A stretch of DNA of 64,000 nucleotides from Octopus vulgaris (GCA_951406725.2 OX597828.1:47058001-47122000); one strand, 5' to 3'. Shown: positions 37,986-56,135, counted from the first letter of the stretch. The notes: a model not told the origin generated them from the letters alone. Translations and numbers: made by a program.

Positions 37986-38829
37986 ATTAAGCTGACTAGA
38001 ATGATCCCAAATGTAGTAATCTAAATGTAGATTATCCCATCTGATATTGACCGTCTTGTACAAGGACAACAATGTAGATATAATATGAAAAAAAGAATTT
38101 AAATTATAATAATGGGCGGGGTGGGGGAATATTAATGTAAAAAGGAAATTCCATAAAAAAGCAGCACGGAAACGGATATTATTTGATTCACCCCCACCCC
38201 CGATATACTACCAGTTTAAAGTCGTCGTTGTTTATATATTTAATCTTTGGCGTCCCTCTTGATGAAGACTTCGCCTGGTAAATTATTTTATTTAGTAAAA
38301 ATTTCTAAAATCTTTATTACCCTGATATTATTAATTATGTATAATGATTTCGGGTAGATTCGTTCGAAGAATTTGCCGGCTTCTTTTTGCTGCCGACAAA
38401 AAATGGTACGTTGGTGCTGATCCTCGTAGATGAGCTGGTTCAATCGATAGAAACATGGAGAATCTGTGAGGATGATTTTCCCCTCAGTTCAGAGAGGAGA
38501 GTATTTCTGTGCAATTCTTTCAGTAATAGCGCATTCTCCGTACCCAGCACAAATGACTTGAGAGTCTACGACAGCGTTGGAAATTTCACTGAAAGCGAAG
38601 ACAGGCAGGTGTGGAAAATACTCATTTCTTTTTCTTGAATACCGTCGTCATATGTCTGAAAATAGGTAAAATGTATTCAAATCTAAAAAACTATTTTAAA
38701 AAAAGTAATAGAGAAAGAACAAAGCTACAAACATTTTTTTAAAAACCCTCTTACACTCGGATACAATTAGTTTCCGATATGATTCAAATAACATGGGAAA
38801 GAAACGGACGACTTAAGCTGATTTTCCAA

Positions 38830-38881
38830 TACATACGTACATACATACATGCATACATACATACGTGTGTACGTACATACA

Positions 38882-38917
<36 letters not shown>

Positions 38918-39495
38918 TACATACATACATACGTACGTACATACATACATACATACATGCATACGTACGTACGTACGTACATACATACATACATACATAC
39001 ATACGTACGTACATACATACATACGTACATACATACGTACGTACATACATACATACATACATACGTACGTACATACATACATACATACATACATACATAC
39101 GTACGTACGTACATACATACATACGTACGTACGTACATACATACATACATACATACATACATACATGCATACGTACGTACATACATACATACATACATGC
39201 ATACATACATACATACATACATGCATACGTACGTACATACATACATACATACATACATGCATACATACGTACGTACATACATACATACATACGTACGTAC
39301 GTACATACATACGTACGTACGTACATACATACATACATACATACATACATACATACATACATGCATACATACATACATACATACATACGTACATACATAA
39401 ATATATACATACATACATAAATATATAAATACATACGTACATACATATTTTACATACATACATACATACATATATACATACATACATACATACAT
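38830..39495. repeat. Mixed (TACA)n/(TACG)n microsatellite
   Basis: Direct reading. Confidence 0.95.
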
Positions 39496-39779
39496 ATTTC
39501 AGGATTTAAGCGAATCTGACCGAATTTTGGTCGGTAGAGTCAAAATGACACTTTGTACTTGTTATTGAGACGTTCAAAATATTTAATTCGTACACAAATT
39601 CGCCTGATGAAAACTGATTTTTTATTTTCATGATGTAACACTCCTACTCATCAATTAAAAATCACGTCCAACACAGTTGTAAGTGAATCACAATCTACCT
39701 GTTGTTGTTGTTGTGTGTGTGTGTGTGTGTGTAAGTGTGCGGAACCTCGGAAGTGGTAAATATCCAAGCGATGTGTATA

Positions 39780-40010
39780 CCTATTTCTTTATTACCCACA
39801 AGGGGCTAAACATAGAGGGGACAAACAAGGACAGACAAAGGGATTATGTCGATTACATCGACCCCAGTGCGTAACTGGTACTTAGTTTATCGACCCCAAA
39901 CGGATGAAAGGCAAAGTCGTCCTCGGCGGAATTTGAACTTAGAACGTAACGGCAGACGGAATACGGTTACGCATTTCGCCCGGCATGCTACGGTTCTGCC
40001 AGCTCGCCGC
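39780..40010 (-). mobile_element. SINE family B
   Basis: Family motifs. Confidence 0.85.
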
Positions 40011-40122
40011 AGGCTATTCGTCAGGCCAAGGGTATCTTGACACTATATTTGATTGAATCTTCCACGTGTTAACATGTACCTCCTTGCGACACTGTAAACT
40101 ATCGTTTAATCAAGATACTCTT

Positions 40123-40206
40123 GGCCTAATGAGTAGCCTGCGATACACACCTCACTTGGATATTTACCATTTCCGAGATTCCGCTCGGTATGAAACATAT
40201 GTAGCT
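40123..40206 (+). ncRNA. Degenerate hammerhead ribozyme (core CTAATGA)
   Basis: GGC-CTAATGA-GTAG..GTAT-GAAA-CATATG-TA-GCT. Confidence 0.55.
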
Positions 40207-40347
40207 TGGATCTTATCTACTTGGTTCCTTAACTCTTGTATTCTTGTTTGCATACCCGGCAACCCTGGTCGCCTACCGGGAAATATAAAAAGGAACGTTA
40301 TTCAGTTTATCCTACTTCGATACGAAAAAATCCATAACCTCCCGTCT

Positions 40348-40503
40348 CAAGAAGAAGAAGAAGAAGAAGAAGAAGAAGAAGAAGAAGAAGAAGAAGAAGA
40401 AGAAGAAGAAGAAGAAGGGGAGGAGGAGGAGGGGAGGAGGGGAAGAAGAAGAAGAAGGGGGAGGAGGAGGGGGAGGAGAAGAAGAAGAAGAAGAAGAAGA
40501 AGA
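40348..40503. repeat. (GAA)n/(GGA)n polypurine tract
   Basis: Direct reading. Confidence 0.95.
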
Positions 40504-41098
40504 TTATTTTCTTGATTTTGTGGGAAGGGACTTAATCGATCACCTCGAACCCTCAATGCTCCCATATGGGGTGTTACAGCTTTAGTAATTCTAGCCTAGG
40601 CTTCTGTCCTACAAGTTATAGCCTAGTGTCATAATCTGGGACCATTGTATATAGTCTAGAGCCCCTGCTTGAATCAGAGTCGAGGGGGCCGGTTAAATTT
40701 ATTTCCTTTGGTTTTAACGCCTTCTCGATTTGCAGCGTCGATGCTATTTCCACTTTCTTTGCTTTCGGATTAAAAGTCCTGTATATAATTGGGGGTTTTT
40801 TTTTGGGGGGGGGGGTTGTCAACTTTATAATGTACTGGGAGGGAACACCTTGACAACCCGTCCCTCCCTGCGTATCATATCTTGGAATTTTTCTCTATCG
40901 CACCTCTCTGTGCTCAGCTCTTCTTCGCTGCTCCCTCTGACCACAGCTGCAAGATCTCTTCCTCCTACACTCTTTTCCATTTTCATCTTCCGTTCCATTG
41001 CTTCAAGGCTCTTCGGCAATTCCTCTTCGGATAACAAATGCATGTCCGAAGAGCTGAGGCTTTCATATTCCATGAAAGTACGAGGAAAACCAACAGAC

Positions 41099-41530
41099 AG
41101 GAGTGGCTGTGTGGTAAGTATAGGCGCAGGAGTGGCTGTGTGGTAAGTAGCTTGCTAACCAACCACATGGTTCTGGGTTCAGTTCCACTGCGTGGCATCT
41201 TGGGCAAGTGTCTTCTGCTATAGCCCCGGGCCGACCAATGCCTTGTGAGTGAATTTGGAAGACGGAAACTGAAAGAAGCCTGTCGTATATATGTATATAT
41301 ATATGTGTGTGTGTGTTTGTGTGTCTGTGTTTGTCCCCCTAGCATTGCTTGACAACCGATGCTGGTGTGTTTACGTCCCCGTAACTTAGCGGTTCGGCAA
41401 AAGCGACTGATAGAATAAGTACTGGGCTTACAAAAAGAATAAGTCCCGGGGTCGATTTGCTCGACTAAAGGCGGTGCTCCAGCATGGCCGCAGTCAAATG
41501 ACTGAAACAAGAAAAAGAGTAAAAAAGAGA
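41099..41530 (+). mobile_element. SINE family A with a duplicated 5' segment
   Basis: caggagtggctgtgtggtaagta occurs twice at the start. Confidence 0.9.
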
Positions 41531-41729
41531 GAGACAAAACTGCCGCGGCTGCAAAAGCGAGTGTCGTAAGACACACAACAGTTAATAAAAAAAAACAGAA
41601 ATAAAACAGAATCAACAATGTGACTAACCGTTATAACATAAACAACCTGAAAGAGGTAGCAACATCAACTGTAATCCTGTGGCGATGGAATCAATTGTCT
41701 TTGACCGTTTGTTCTAATTGCAATATTCT

Positions 41730-41946
41730 TACACTTTACTCTTTTACTTGTTTCAGTCATTTGACTGCGGCCATGCTGGAGCACCGCCTTTAGTCGAGCA
41801 ACTCGACCCCCGGGTTTTATTCTTTGTAAGCTCAGTACTTATTCTATCGGTCTCTTTTGCCGAACCGCTAAGTGACGGGGACGTAAACACACCAGCATCG
41901 GTTGTCAAGCAATGCTAGGGGGACAAACACAGACACACAGACATAT

Positions 41947-42004
<58 letters not shown>

Positions 42005-42170
42005 ATATATACGACAGGCTTCTTTCAGTTTCCGTCTACCAAATCCACTGACAAGGCATTGGTCGGCCCGGGGCTATAGCAGAAGACATTTGCCCAAAAT
42101 TCCACGCAGTGGGACTGAACCCGGAACCATGTGGTTGGTATGCAGGCTACTTACCACACAGCCACTCCTA
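41730..42170 (-). mobile_element. SINE family A (inverted relative to the 41099 copy)
   Basis: Reverse complement full match. Confidence 0.9.
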
Positions 42171-42187
42171 TATATATATATATATAA

Positions 42188-42510
42188 ATTTAGATATGTT
42201 TCGACCAAAGATTGGTCCAGGCCATGTCTAACTTAATAGCACCACCTGATAGGATTATCTAAATCCTGTTTAAGTCAAGTTTTGTTTATGGTCCATTCAA
42301 GTAGTGAATTTTTGTTGGGTGAGTTGTATCCAATTATGGGTGGCTTATCTGGTATTCCTTGAAGGAATCTATCCAGACTCCGTTTAAAGTTGATGGGATC
42401 CTTTTCTTCTTTGATCTCTTTCGGGACAATGTTAAATAGGGCAGGGCCTGTTGAGGAAAAGAAATTATGTTGCAGTGTACATATATGCTGTGATCCTGAA
42501 TTGCCCAATT
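42188..42510 (-). mobile_element. 5'-truncated 3' fragment of the CR1-group LINE
   Basis: Homologous to 10520-10870; CTLQHNFFSSTGPALFNIVP... Confidence 0.92.
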
Positions 42511-43040
42511 CAGGATATATATAGAAAGAAAGAAAGAATGAAAGAACGGACAAGTTCTCATAAAACTTGTACATGTCATGTGACTGGTGGTTTTCAATTA
42601 TTTAAACAAACGTAAAACATTTGTTATATATTGAGTAGGAGTTCAATACACGACAGTGTACATTGTCTAAGCTTCTCTCTCGGAGAAGAAAATTTTCAAA
42701 ATATAACGGTTTACTAACCTCAATTTCTGATGCAATGTTATGCCTCTAGAATGGAAGATATTTTTTTCATTCTTATAAATGTTGTTTTAGCCTTATTTAT
42801 TCTTCGAGTAACATCGTCACAGCGACCTTCTAACTCATTGTTTGTCCTAGATACATGAAGCTCTTTGTTTTTGTTTTTTTTACTTGTTAAAGCTTCAGCC
42901 CATCAACCTTTATATTTGTTGTTGTTCCTTTTTTTTATAATTTTTTTTCCTGTTGTTCTTTCTTACGAATAACCAATATCTTATCTTTTTTGACATACAT
43001 ATTTAGAAATGTCAGTGATGATTCAAACAGAAAATACACG

Positions 43041-43073
<33 letters not shown>

Positions 43074-43478
43074 GCACGCGCCCATGCATAATACGGCACA
43101 AATTAGGCAAAAAAAAAAAAGCAATAAAATTTGAATATTACTCAGTCTAGATTTGGGAGAAGTAAAAATAGAAACGCATTTTTCAATGAGAGAGAAGAAG
43201 GCAGACAGACAGACAGACAGACAAGCTGTGGTAATTACAAAACATATTGACAATTACTCCCAGGAGACGTACCTGCCTTTACGGTCACAACAACAGCACA
43301 GGTGAGCTGCTACTTAAAGTACATGACTGGTGTTGATTAGGATATCGGTGCTAATGATTCGGAAAGGAAGCCAGAGTACGCCGTGAGGAGAGCCAAAAAC
43401 CATGGGACAGTGCCTTTGGAAATTTCCATCCTCTTTTTCCAAGATATCAGTCCCTTAAACAAATGTGTTACATGGAGG

Positions 43479-44100
<622 letters not shown>

Positions 44101-44104
44101 TATA

Positions 44105-44290
44105 TTGGGGGAAATTCACATAAAAAAAACGAAAGACGAAGACAGGTGGTGTAGACAACAAACAGATGTATTAGTAGAACACTCAGGAAGTGAAAAAGTC
44201 TTTAACGTTTCGTGCCAACGCTCTTCCACAGAAAGGAACACAGAAAGAAACAAGGAGAGAAGATAAAGAATGTGTAGTGGTTAGCGATCT
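44105..44290 (-). mobile_element. Solo PLE pLTR-like fragment (family P2) with hammerhead-like motif at 44200-44235
   Basis: Homologous to 21008-21185; CTTT-CTGTGGA-A-GAGC gttg GCAC-GAAA-CG-TT-AAAG. Confidence 0.65.
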
Positions 44291-44561
44291 ACGTATGTAT
44301 GTATGAATGTATGGATGTATGTGTGTGTTTGTATGTATGTTTGTATGTATGTACGTACGTCCATAAAAGTGAAGAATCATGCCGTAGGACTTCAGGTATT
44401 GCACACGCGATTGCAAGATCATGGATTTAGTCAGGCCGTTGCTTGTGTTCTTGAGTAAAATACTTTCTTTCACGTTGCTCCAGTTCATTTAACTATGAAT
44501 GAGTAACTCTGAGAAGGACAGGCATCACATTCAAGAAGTACGATGTCATCTCGATCATACC

Positions 44562-44778
44562 CGAGGGGTGCTGAAAAGTTCCTGGCTTAGGGTAAAGCAA
44601 AAATCCAGCAGGATCAGTTAATTATGCTTTAATTCAACATATTCCCCTTTCAGATTCATATACCTATTGTAGCAATCCTTCGGTTTTTCTAAGCCCTTTA
44701 TAAGAACTCAGAAGTTTGGACCCCCAGCCAAGCCTTTCGCGATACCTTTAAAGCTAGGAACTTTTCAGCAAAGCCTCG
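44562..44778. mobile_element. Mariner-derived MITE
   Basis: TIRs cgaggggtgctgaaaagttcctggctt and aagctaggaacttttcagcaaagcctcg-TA. Confidence 0.75.
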
Positions 44779-44860
44779 TATACGCCCTGCAAACTGGATA
44801 ACCGGGGCTATGGTTTCTAGAGCTTGATACCGCGCATATTGTGTTTGCAAATATAAAACA

Positions 44861-45267
44861 CTAGCAGCATAGCCCGGCGTTGCCCGGGTATGTAAGAGCC
44901 CCTTGTAGGCAGCGACTAATCCCAATCTAGTTCTTTCCCCCTAGGAACGAAGGCGCATGTGTAGGTTGCAATGTCTTCTCTTCACTCGAATACTTCTATG
45001 TATACGATGTTCCTAGCTGTCTCCCGACAGAAAATGTGTTGCATACAAAAAGCTTAGATTCTCGACCCCATGTCGAATTTATCGATTATTTTCAGAACTG
45101 GGGGAACTTTTCAAAATTTTCGCTGCGTTAGTTTTGAATTATGACATTGGGTTATGTGTGTGTCAAGTTTCATCAGAATCGGTTGAAAGCCGTGGTCAGG
45201 GTGAGGGTACAACCTGACAGCCACACAGACACACAGACAGACAAACTGCCGTTTATATATAGAGAGA
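44861..45267 (-). mobile_element. Non-autonomous Helitron
   Basis: Minus strand A|TCTCTCTATATATAAAC...(CTGT) repeats...hairpin cccgggcaacgccggg...CTAG|T. Confidence 0.8.
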
Positions 45268-45554
45268 TGTATAGACAGAATTTTTAGACTACATTCTTCG
45301 CCTGATTGTGAAGATTACATCCCAATGAAACTTTATGAAGTAAACTACATTGGTTTGATAATGCACCAGTCTTGAGTACTTTTGGCCTAGTTCTTAAGTG
45401 TACAAAGCTTTCATACTTTTAATAATCGCGTGTGCACTTGGTTTCATAACTGTTTCAACGATAACCTTGACCAGAATGGAACGAGAAACGACGTCGCAGC
45501 CGAATTTTTAGAATTTTCATCCATGCTAAGGACGTCACAAGGCATACACGCATA

Positions 45555-45576
45555 TGTGTGTGTGTCTCTGTGTGTG

Positions 45577-45631
<55 letters not shown>

Positions 45632-45656
45632 GTCTGTGTTTGTGTGTGTCTGTGTC

Positions 45657-45699
<43 letters not shown>

Positions 45700-45785
45700 G
45701 TATATATATGTATATATATATATGTATATATATGTATATATATTTATATATATATATGTATATATATGTCTGTATGTATGTGTGT

Positions 45786-45848
<63 letters not shown>

Positions 45849-45916
45849 GTATATATATATATATGTATATATATGTATATATATATATGTATATATATGT
45901 CTGTATGTATGTGTGT

Positions 45917-45960
<44 letters not shown>

Positions 45961-46205
45961 ACACACATACATACAGACACACACACATACACACAGATAT
46001 ATATATATATATATACATATATGCACGCGCGCGCGCATATACATATGCATGAACGAAGAAAACATGGCTTAAATATTTACGAAAGTTCAGCATTTGACTG
46101 AAGTTATTGTTGTCTGAATGCCAAGAGGAGAATTTTGTATTTTATAGACGGGTTGTTGTTCTATTGAAATATAGAGCACACACACACACACAAATGCACA
46201 CGCAT

Positions 46206-46241
<36 letters not shown>

Positions 46242-46303
46242 GCACACACGCGCAATAGCCTTATAACATACGTATATATTTATTTACATACATATATATA
46301 AAT

Positions 46304-46354
<51 letters not shown>

Positions 46355-46362
46355 ACATATAC

Positions 46363-46404
<42 letters not shown>

Positions 46405-46659
46405 TTATATATATGCATATATATATATATGTATGTATTTATATATATGTATATATATATATATGCATATGTATATATATATATATATATATACACATAC
46501 GCACACACACACACACACACACGCGTCTGTGTATATACATGAAGCCAAACCTACATAAATACGGTCGTATGTATATCCAGCCCTGCAACCATCTATCCAA
46601 CAAATGCACACACCACACACACACACACACACACATCCACACACACATATATATGCATA

Positions 46660-46713
<54 letters not shown>

Positions 46714-46931
46714 CATACATACATACATACATACATACATACATACATACATACAATTGCGCTCATACATTACATGGGTCGACATCATGTTACATGTAGC
46801 TTTATACACACCGTATTGTTTACATTTGTCATCGTAGATATTATGTACCTACGTATATTTGTCTGTGTATGTGTGCGCACGCGTGTATGTGTATCTGTAT
46901 AATTCAGTATGTGTATGTATATATATGTATG

Positions 46932-46983
<52 letters not shown>

Positions 46984-47094
46984 TGTTTATATATATACAT
47001 ATATGTTTATATATACACTATATATATATATGCATGTATATGTGTGTGTGTATATATATATATATATCATATATGCATGTCAGCATGCAAGTTA

Positions 47095-47172
<78 letters not shown>

Positions 47173-47231
47173 ATGTATGTATGTGTGTGTATGTATATAA
47201 ACATTTACGTTACAAACACGCAAATACACAT

Positions 47232-47305
<74 letters not shown>
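45555..47305. repeat. Compound (GT)n/(TA)n/(CA)n microsatellite field
   Basis: Direct reading. Confidence 0.9.
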
Positions 47306-47309
<4 letters not shown>

Positions 47310-47580
47310 CAGTTTTGATTTATTTGCATATTATATTTGAAATTTTTTACTTATATCTCTTTATCTTTTTACTTTTACTATTACTGTATATCTCATTTCA
47401 TTTTATATATTGCCTTTACTCATATGTAATGGTGTATTAAAGTATGGATTGAGTATCATCGGATAGTTGATGTTTTACTGATTTAAGTATGTTTCTCCAT
47501 TCTCTAATTTTGTAGTTATATATATATATATATATATATATACGGGACAACTGAAAGTGGGGTATAGATAGATAGTTAGT

Positions 47581-47664
<84 letters not shown>

Positions 47665-47859
47665 AAGAAATGTCGGCCAAAACAGCGAAAGAGATATGCC
47701 CGTACGTGTATACGTCTACGTATATGTATATATATATGTACGCATATGGTTATCCTAGAACACAATTAATGCGTAAGAAAATTACGTAATACCGTCTTAA
47801 TATTTCTCAGCAATACAGATCTGTTCTCGCATTGTTCTTGTTGTTGTGATTGCTTCTAC

Positions 47860-48775
<916 letters not shown>

Positions 48776-48879
48776 ATTTTCTCTGAGCATGGATTCATGT
48801 TTCTTGTAAACCCGCGTTTCAAAGAGCCTGTGGGTACGTTATCACCAACAGTAGACAGAGGTAGAAATCGAATTTAAAA

Positions 48880-49535
48880 TCAAATGTTAGTGTAATTATA
48901 GGAAGAAACATTGTAAATGTAATGGGAACATTGTTCCATGCGAAGAATTTAACAAAGTTCGCATGAGGTGACTAACTTCATGTTTAGAGCATTAATATAA
49001 TATATACCGATAGCTACACGAAATAGACATTCGAATGTAATAGGTAACGCGTGTGTGTGTGCGCAAGCATCTCTGGCCACAGATTTATGTCTTGAAATCA
49101 TACGTTTGAAAGAACCCGTTAACACCATTTTGAATAGGAACTTTACAAAGAATATTTTACAAAGAATATATCAAATATTAACTGCAAAATTCTTAAACAT
49201 TCGTATCCATTTCATTCGTCTAGTTTGTGTTATAGTTTTGATCCAGAAAAATACTACTGGAATATTCGAATTCTGTCGTTTATTCCGAAAAATTATCAGC
49301 AGCTTATCGTAGTAAAACACAATACCCATTACATGGTTCGAGTTTTGGAGATAGCAACCGTAGCTACAGCGATGATAGAAACAACCTAAACGTATGCTAC
49401 AATATGAAACTGTCAAATTGGTCATGGTATACTCGTATAATTCGGATAATCCGCTGGAGAGAGTGGTACTGTTTAAAAGTGTTGAAATCGCTAGGAGGAT
49501 AAATCGACAGCTGATGAAGGAAATGCTTCAGTGTA
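48880..49535 (+). pseudogene. Possible highly decayed PLE GIY-YIG region followed by a truncated CTGATGA motif
   Basis: KHCKCNG...SCL..NIIY and INCKILKHSYPF..LCY..EK weakly resemble PLE linker/endonuclease motifs. Confidence 0.35.
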
Positions 49536-49839
49536 TATAAATATATATATATACACACAGAAAAATGAGTAAACATTATGTAAAAATACAGACAGAAACA
49601 TCATTCAGTAACTTGTATATCTGCTGGCAAGTATTCTCGGGTAGAGATAACTTGTAGTCGTTATATTATACGTCGACCATGCTTAGCCACCGTCATGAAA
49701 TTCTTTATTTTTTTATATTTAAAATCTGATCATCATTCTATCGATTTCTTTTATGCAACCGATGATCAAGCGGTGGTGAGGAGTGAAAAGCACAGAAACA
49801 CTTATATAAGCATTTATATACGTATATATATATATGCAT

Positions 49840-49921
<82 letters not shown>

Positions 49922-50089
49922 CGAAAATGGGACAAGAACGCAAAACATCCAGACAGTTGGTGATACAAAAAAAGGGGACAACAAAACATCCAGACAGACG
50001 ATACAAGGAAAACAAGGACGGGTCATTCGGAGTTTTCTTTCCTCAGTCGAGTTCCACACACACATACATATGTGCTTGTGTGTAGACAG

Positions 50090-52680
<2,591 letters not shown>

Positions 52681-52743
52681 TTTTGTCTGTCCTCTCTACA
52701 TGTCAATGTTTCATCATGGCTTGATTGTTTTTTCTGATGTCCT

Positions 52744-53415
52744 TGGTGGTGGTGGTGGTGGTGGTGGTGGTGGTGGTGGTGGTGGTGGTGGTGGTGGTGG
52801 TGGTGGTGGTGGTGGTGGTGGTGGTGGTGGTGGTGGTGGTGGTGGTGGTGGTGGTGATGGTGGTGGTGGTGGTGGTGATGGTGGTGGTGATGGTGGTGGT
52901 GGTGGTGGTGGTGGTGGTGGTGATGGTGGTGGTGATGGTGGTGGTGATGGTGGTGGTGGTGGTGGTGGTGGTGGTGATGGTGGTGGTGATGGTGGTGGTG
53001 ATGGTGGTGATGGTGGTGGTGATGGTGGTGGTGATGGTGGTGGTGGTGGTGGTGGTGGTGGTGGTGGTGGTGGTGATGGTGGTGGTGATGGTGGTGATGG
53101 TGGTGGTGGTGGTGGTGGTGGTGGTAATGGTGGTGGTGGTGGTGGTGGTGGTGATGGTGGTGGTGGTGGTGATGGTGGTGGTGGTGGTGGTGGTGGTGGT
53201 GGTGGTGGTGATAGTGATGATAGTGGGGCAATTGGTGGTGGTGGTGATGGTGGTTGTGGTGATGGTAATGGTGGTGGTGGTAGTGGTGGTTTTGGTGGTG
53301 GTGGTGGTGGTGGTGGTTGTAGTATCGGTGATGGGGTTAGTGGTGATGATGTTGTGGTGGTATCGTTGGTGGCGGTGGTGATGGTGTCAATGATGGAGAT
53401 GGCGATGATTATATC

Positions 53416-53451
<36 letters not shown>

Positions 53452-53452
53452 T

Positions 53453-53502
<50 letters not shown>

Positions 53503-53690
53503 TGTTGTTGTGCTGATAATGTTGTTAAGTGTTATTTGTTGTTGTGGTAGTTGTAATGATGATGTTGGTGGCGGTAGTAGTAGTGGTGGTGATGGCCATG
53601 ATGGTTGAGGTTTTGTGGTGGTGTTCATGGAGATGATGATGATGATGACGATGATAGTGGTGGTGGTGGTCGTCGTCGTCGTCATCGTCA
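52744..53690. repeat. Long (GGT/GAT)n trinucleotide array followed by (AGT)n
   Basis: Direct reading. Confidence 0.95.
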
Positions 53691-53699
53691 CCAGTGAAG

Positions 53700-54310
53700 A
53701 CCTCAATAAATTATAAGCACCACAGACCTGATATAATGGTTTTTGGGTAGAGAAGAGAAACTGTGCACAGTTGTGGAAATCAGCTGCCCTGCGGATGTTA
53801 ACGTAAAGCTGAAGATCAGTGAAAAAGAGAACACCTATGATAAACTATTGAGAAATCTGCAGTTACTCTTTCCAGATTACTTCAAGTTTATACCTGTAAT
53901 TATTGGGACCATGGGATATGTAACATACTGCCTAAATGCCAAACTTGAGAAATTAGGCTTCTGAAAACCAGACAGGGAAACGCTAGTTCGAAAACTACTG
54001 ATCCGGTCCATCACTGGAACTGTGAAGATCTGTAAAACTTTCCAGAAGTTTATCATTTAAATATATATGTGCATGTCTAGATATGCAGCTATATGCATGA
54101 GAATACATACACGAAAAACGAATCTGCACATACATACATGCATAAATACATACATACATACATACATACATACATACATACATACATACATACATACATA
54201 CATACATACATACAAAAATACACTGTTGTTGATGTTGAAATTGCAATGAAGGAACGTTGGATCTAGGTTAGAAATCGGTTCTTTCTCTATTGGTAAGAAA
54301 ACTGAATAAT
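53700..54310 (+). mobile_element. R4/Dong-like LINE 3' end with restriction-like endonuclease remnant and 3' UTR
   Basis: HRPDIMV...VVEISCPADVN..K..EKENTY...PVIIGTMG (PD-(D/E)xK RLE pattern). Confidence 0.8.
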
Positions 54311-54398
54311 GACATACATACACACGTACGTACGTACATGCATACATGCATACATGCATACATACATACATACATACATACATACATACATACATACA

Positions 54399-54429
<31 letters not shown>

Positions 54430-54686
54430 GACGAGTTTCCTTCAGCTTCCATCAATCAAATCCATTGACATGTGTTTAGTCTGCCGTGACTATAGTGGAA
54501 GACACTTGACCAGGATGCCACGCACTGAGACTAAAACCTGAACCGTGTGGTTGTGGAACAAACTTCTTATCACACAGCCACGCATGCGCCTGTTAGCTTA
54601 TGTTCCAAACACCAGTTTAATAGTGATAAAGTCATATCGTTAAATACGTCACTATTTTTTTTAAATGAACTGAAAAAGAAAAAAGA

Positions 54687-55092
54687 AGTGGTAAGTAGCT
54701 TGCTATCCAACCACATGGTTCCGGGTTCAGTCCCACTGCGTGGCATCTTGGGCAAGTGTCTTCTGCTATAGCCCCGGGCCGACCAATGCCTTGTGAGTGG
54801 ATTTGGTAGACGGAAACTGAAAGAAGCCTGTCGTATATATGTATATATATATATATATATATAAGTGTGTGTGTATATGTTTGTGTGTCTGTGTTTGTCC
54901 CCCTAGCATTGCTTGACAACCGATGCCGGTGTGTTTACGTCCCCGTCACTTAGCGGTTCGGCAAAAAGAGACCGATAGAATAAGTACTGGGCTTACAAAG
55001 ATTAAGTCCCGGGGTCGATTTGCTCGACTAAAAGCGGTGCTCCAGCATGGCCGCAGTCAAATGACTGAAACAAGTAAAAGAGAAAAGAGAGT
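54687..55092 (+). mobile_element. SINE family A
   Basis: Family match. Confidence 0.9.
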
Positions 55093-55447
55093 ATAAAAAT
55101 TTTATGTTATTTTATGTTTCATAGACCAGCTAAATAAGGATTTAATTATTTCACTAAAATTTTTCGTTATCTTGGTCCTGGACTGCAGTTCCATGAAAAA
55201 AAAAACAGTGAGTAACACGTCTGGTAAATGGCTACTGCACCTACTCTCCGTCAAGGAATTCCTAGAAAGGTCGCAGCCTCCGCTCATTCCGGCACATCAT
55301 CTGCTATGGCATACCCAGTCCACCACTCGGCGGGTATTAACATCAAATACAACAACTGATTAATTGAAGACACTTCTCCGTAGAATGCGGAAGGGTAGAT
55401 GCTCCATTTGGCTTAGACGCGAACTGGGGCAAGGGGATGAAAGCAGC

Positions 55448-55775
55448 CTCGATTCCCAGACCGGGCGTTGTGAGTGTTTATTGAGCGAAAACACCTAAAA
55501 GCTCCACGAGGCTCCGGCAGGGGATGGTGGCGAACCCTTCTGTACTCTTTCATCACAACTTTCTCTCACTCTTACTTCCTGTTTCTGTTGTACCTGTATT
55601 TCAAAGGGCCGGCCTTGTCACTCTCTGTGTCACGCTGAATATCCCCGAGAACTACGTTAAGGGTGCACGTGTCTGTGGAGTGCTCAGCCACTTACACGTT
55701 AATTTCACGAGCAGGCTGTTCCGTTGATTCGGATCAACCGGAACCCTCGTCGTCGCAACCGACGGAGTGCTTCCA
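55448..55775 (+). mobile_element. SINE body C with tail Z, 5'-truncated
   Basis: Near-identical to 57768-58135. Confidence 0.88.
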
Positions 55776-55829
55776 TAACTTTAAGATGGTACAAGATCTT
55801 TTTCTGGTGGTGACAAAAGCTATTACATC

Positions 55830-56135
55830 GCTTGAAAACCCTTCCGTATCTTCAGTAAGTATCCCAGAGTCGCAAATGTTGTGTCCCTTAGCCTGTACGC
55901 TTCGCCTGAGAGTGACACAGATGAATTAATCATATGTGTGGCTCATGTCAATCCCAACCACTTTGAACATGTCTCAGCTGACATGGCTATCGTTTTGTTG
56001 ACTGTCCCCGGTTGTTTTGATTCCAGAGTAATCCTCTGATAAAGAGGGCGCAAGTGATCTCGCTGAAGATCTGCTGCAGCTCGCTTCAATGAAATCTCGT
56101 CAATCAAATCCTGATATACAGTTTTCTTCAGTTGA
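55830..56135 (-). mobile_element. Possible decayed Hero/NeSL-like LINE C-terminus
   Basis: KKTVYQDLIDE / FIEASCSRSSARS / KTIAMSAETCSKWL resemble K..Y.DL, EVGCRGF and AE..S.WLW motifs. Confidence 0.4.

Noticed and set aside
40825-41073. 82-aa acidic ORF on the minus strand
   Set aside because: No recognisable domain or splice support
49920-50056. Repeat with gaCTGAGGA...CGAATGACCCGTC on the minus strand (related copy ~8285-8330)
   Set aside because: GAAA and stems do not fit hammerhead topology; left as an unclassified repeat
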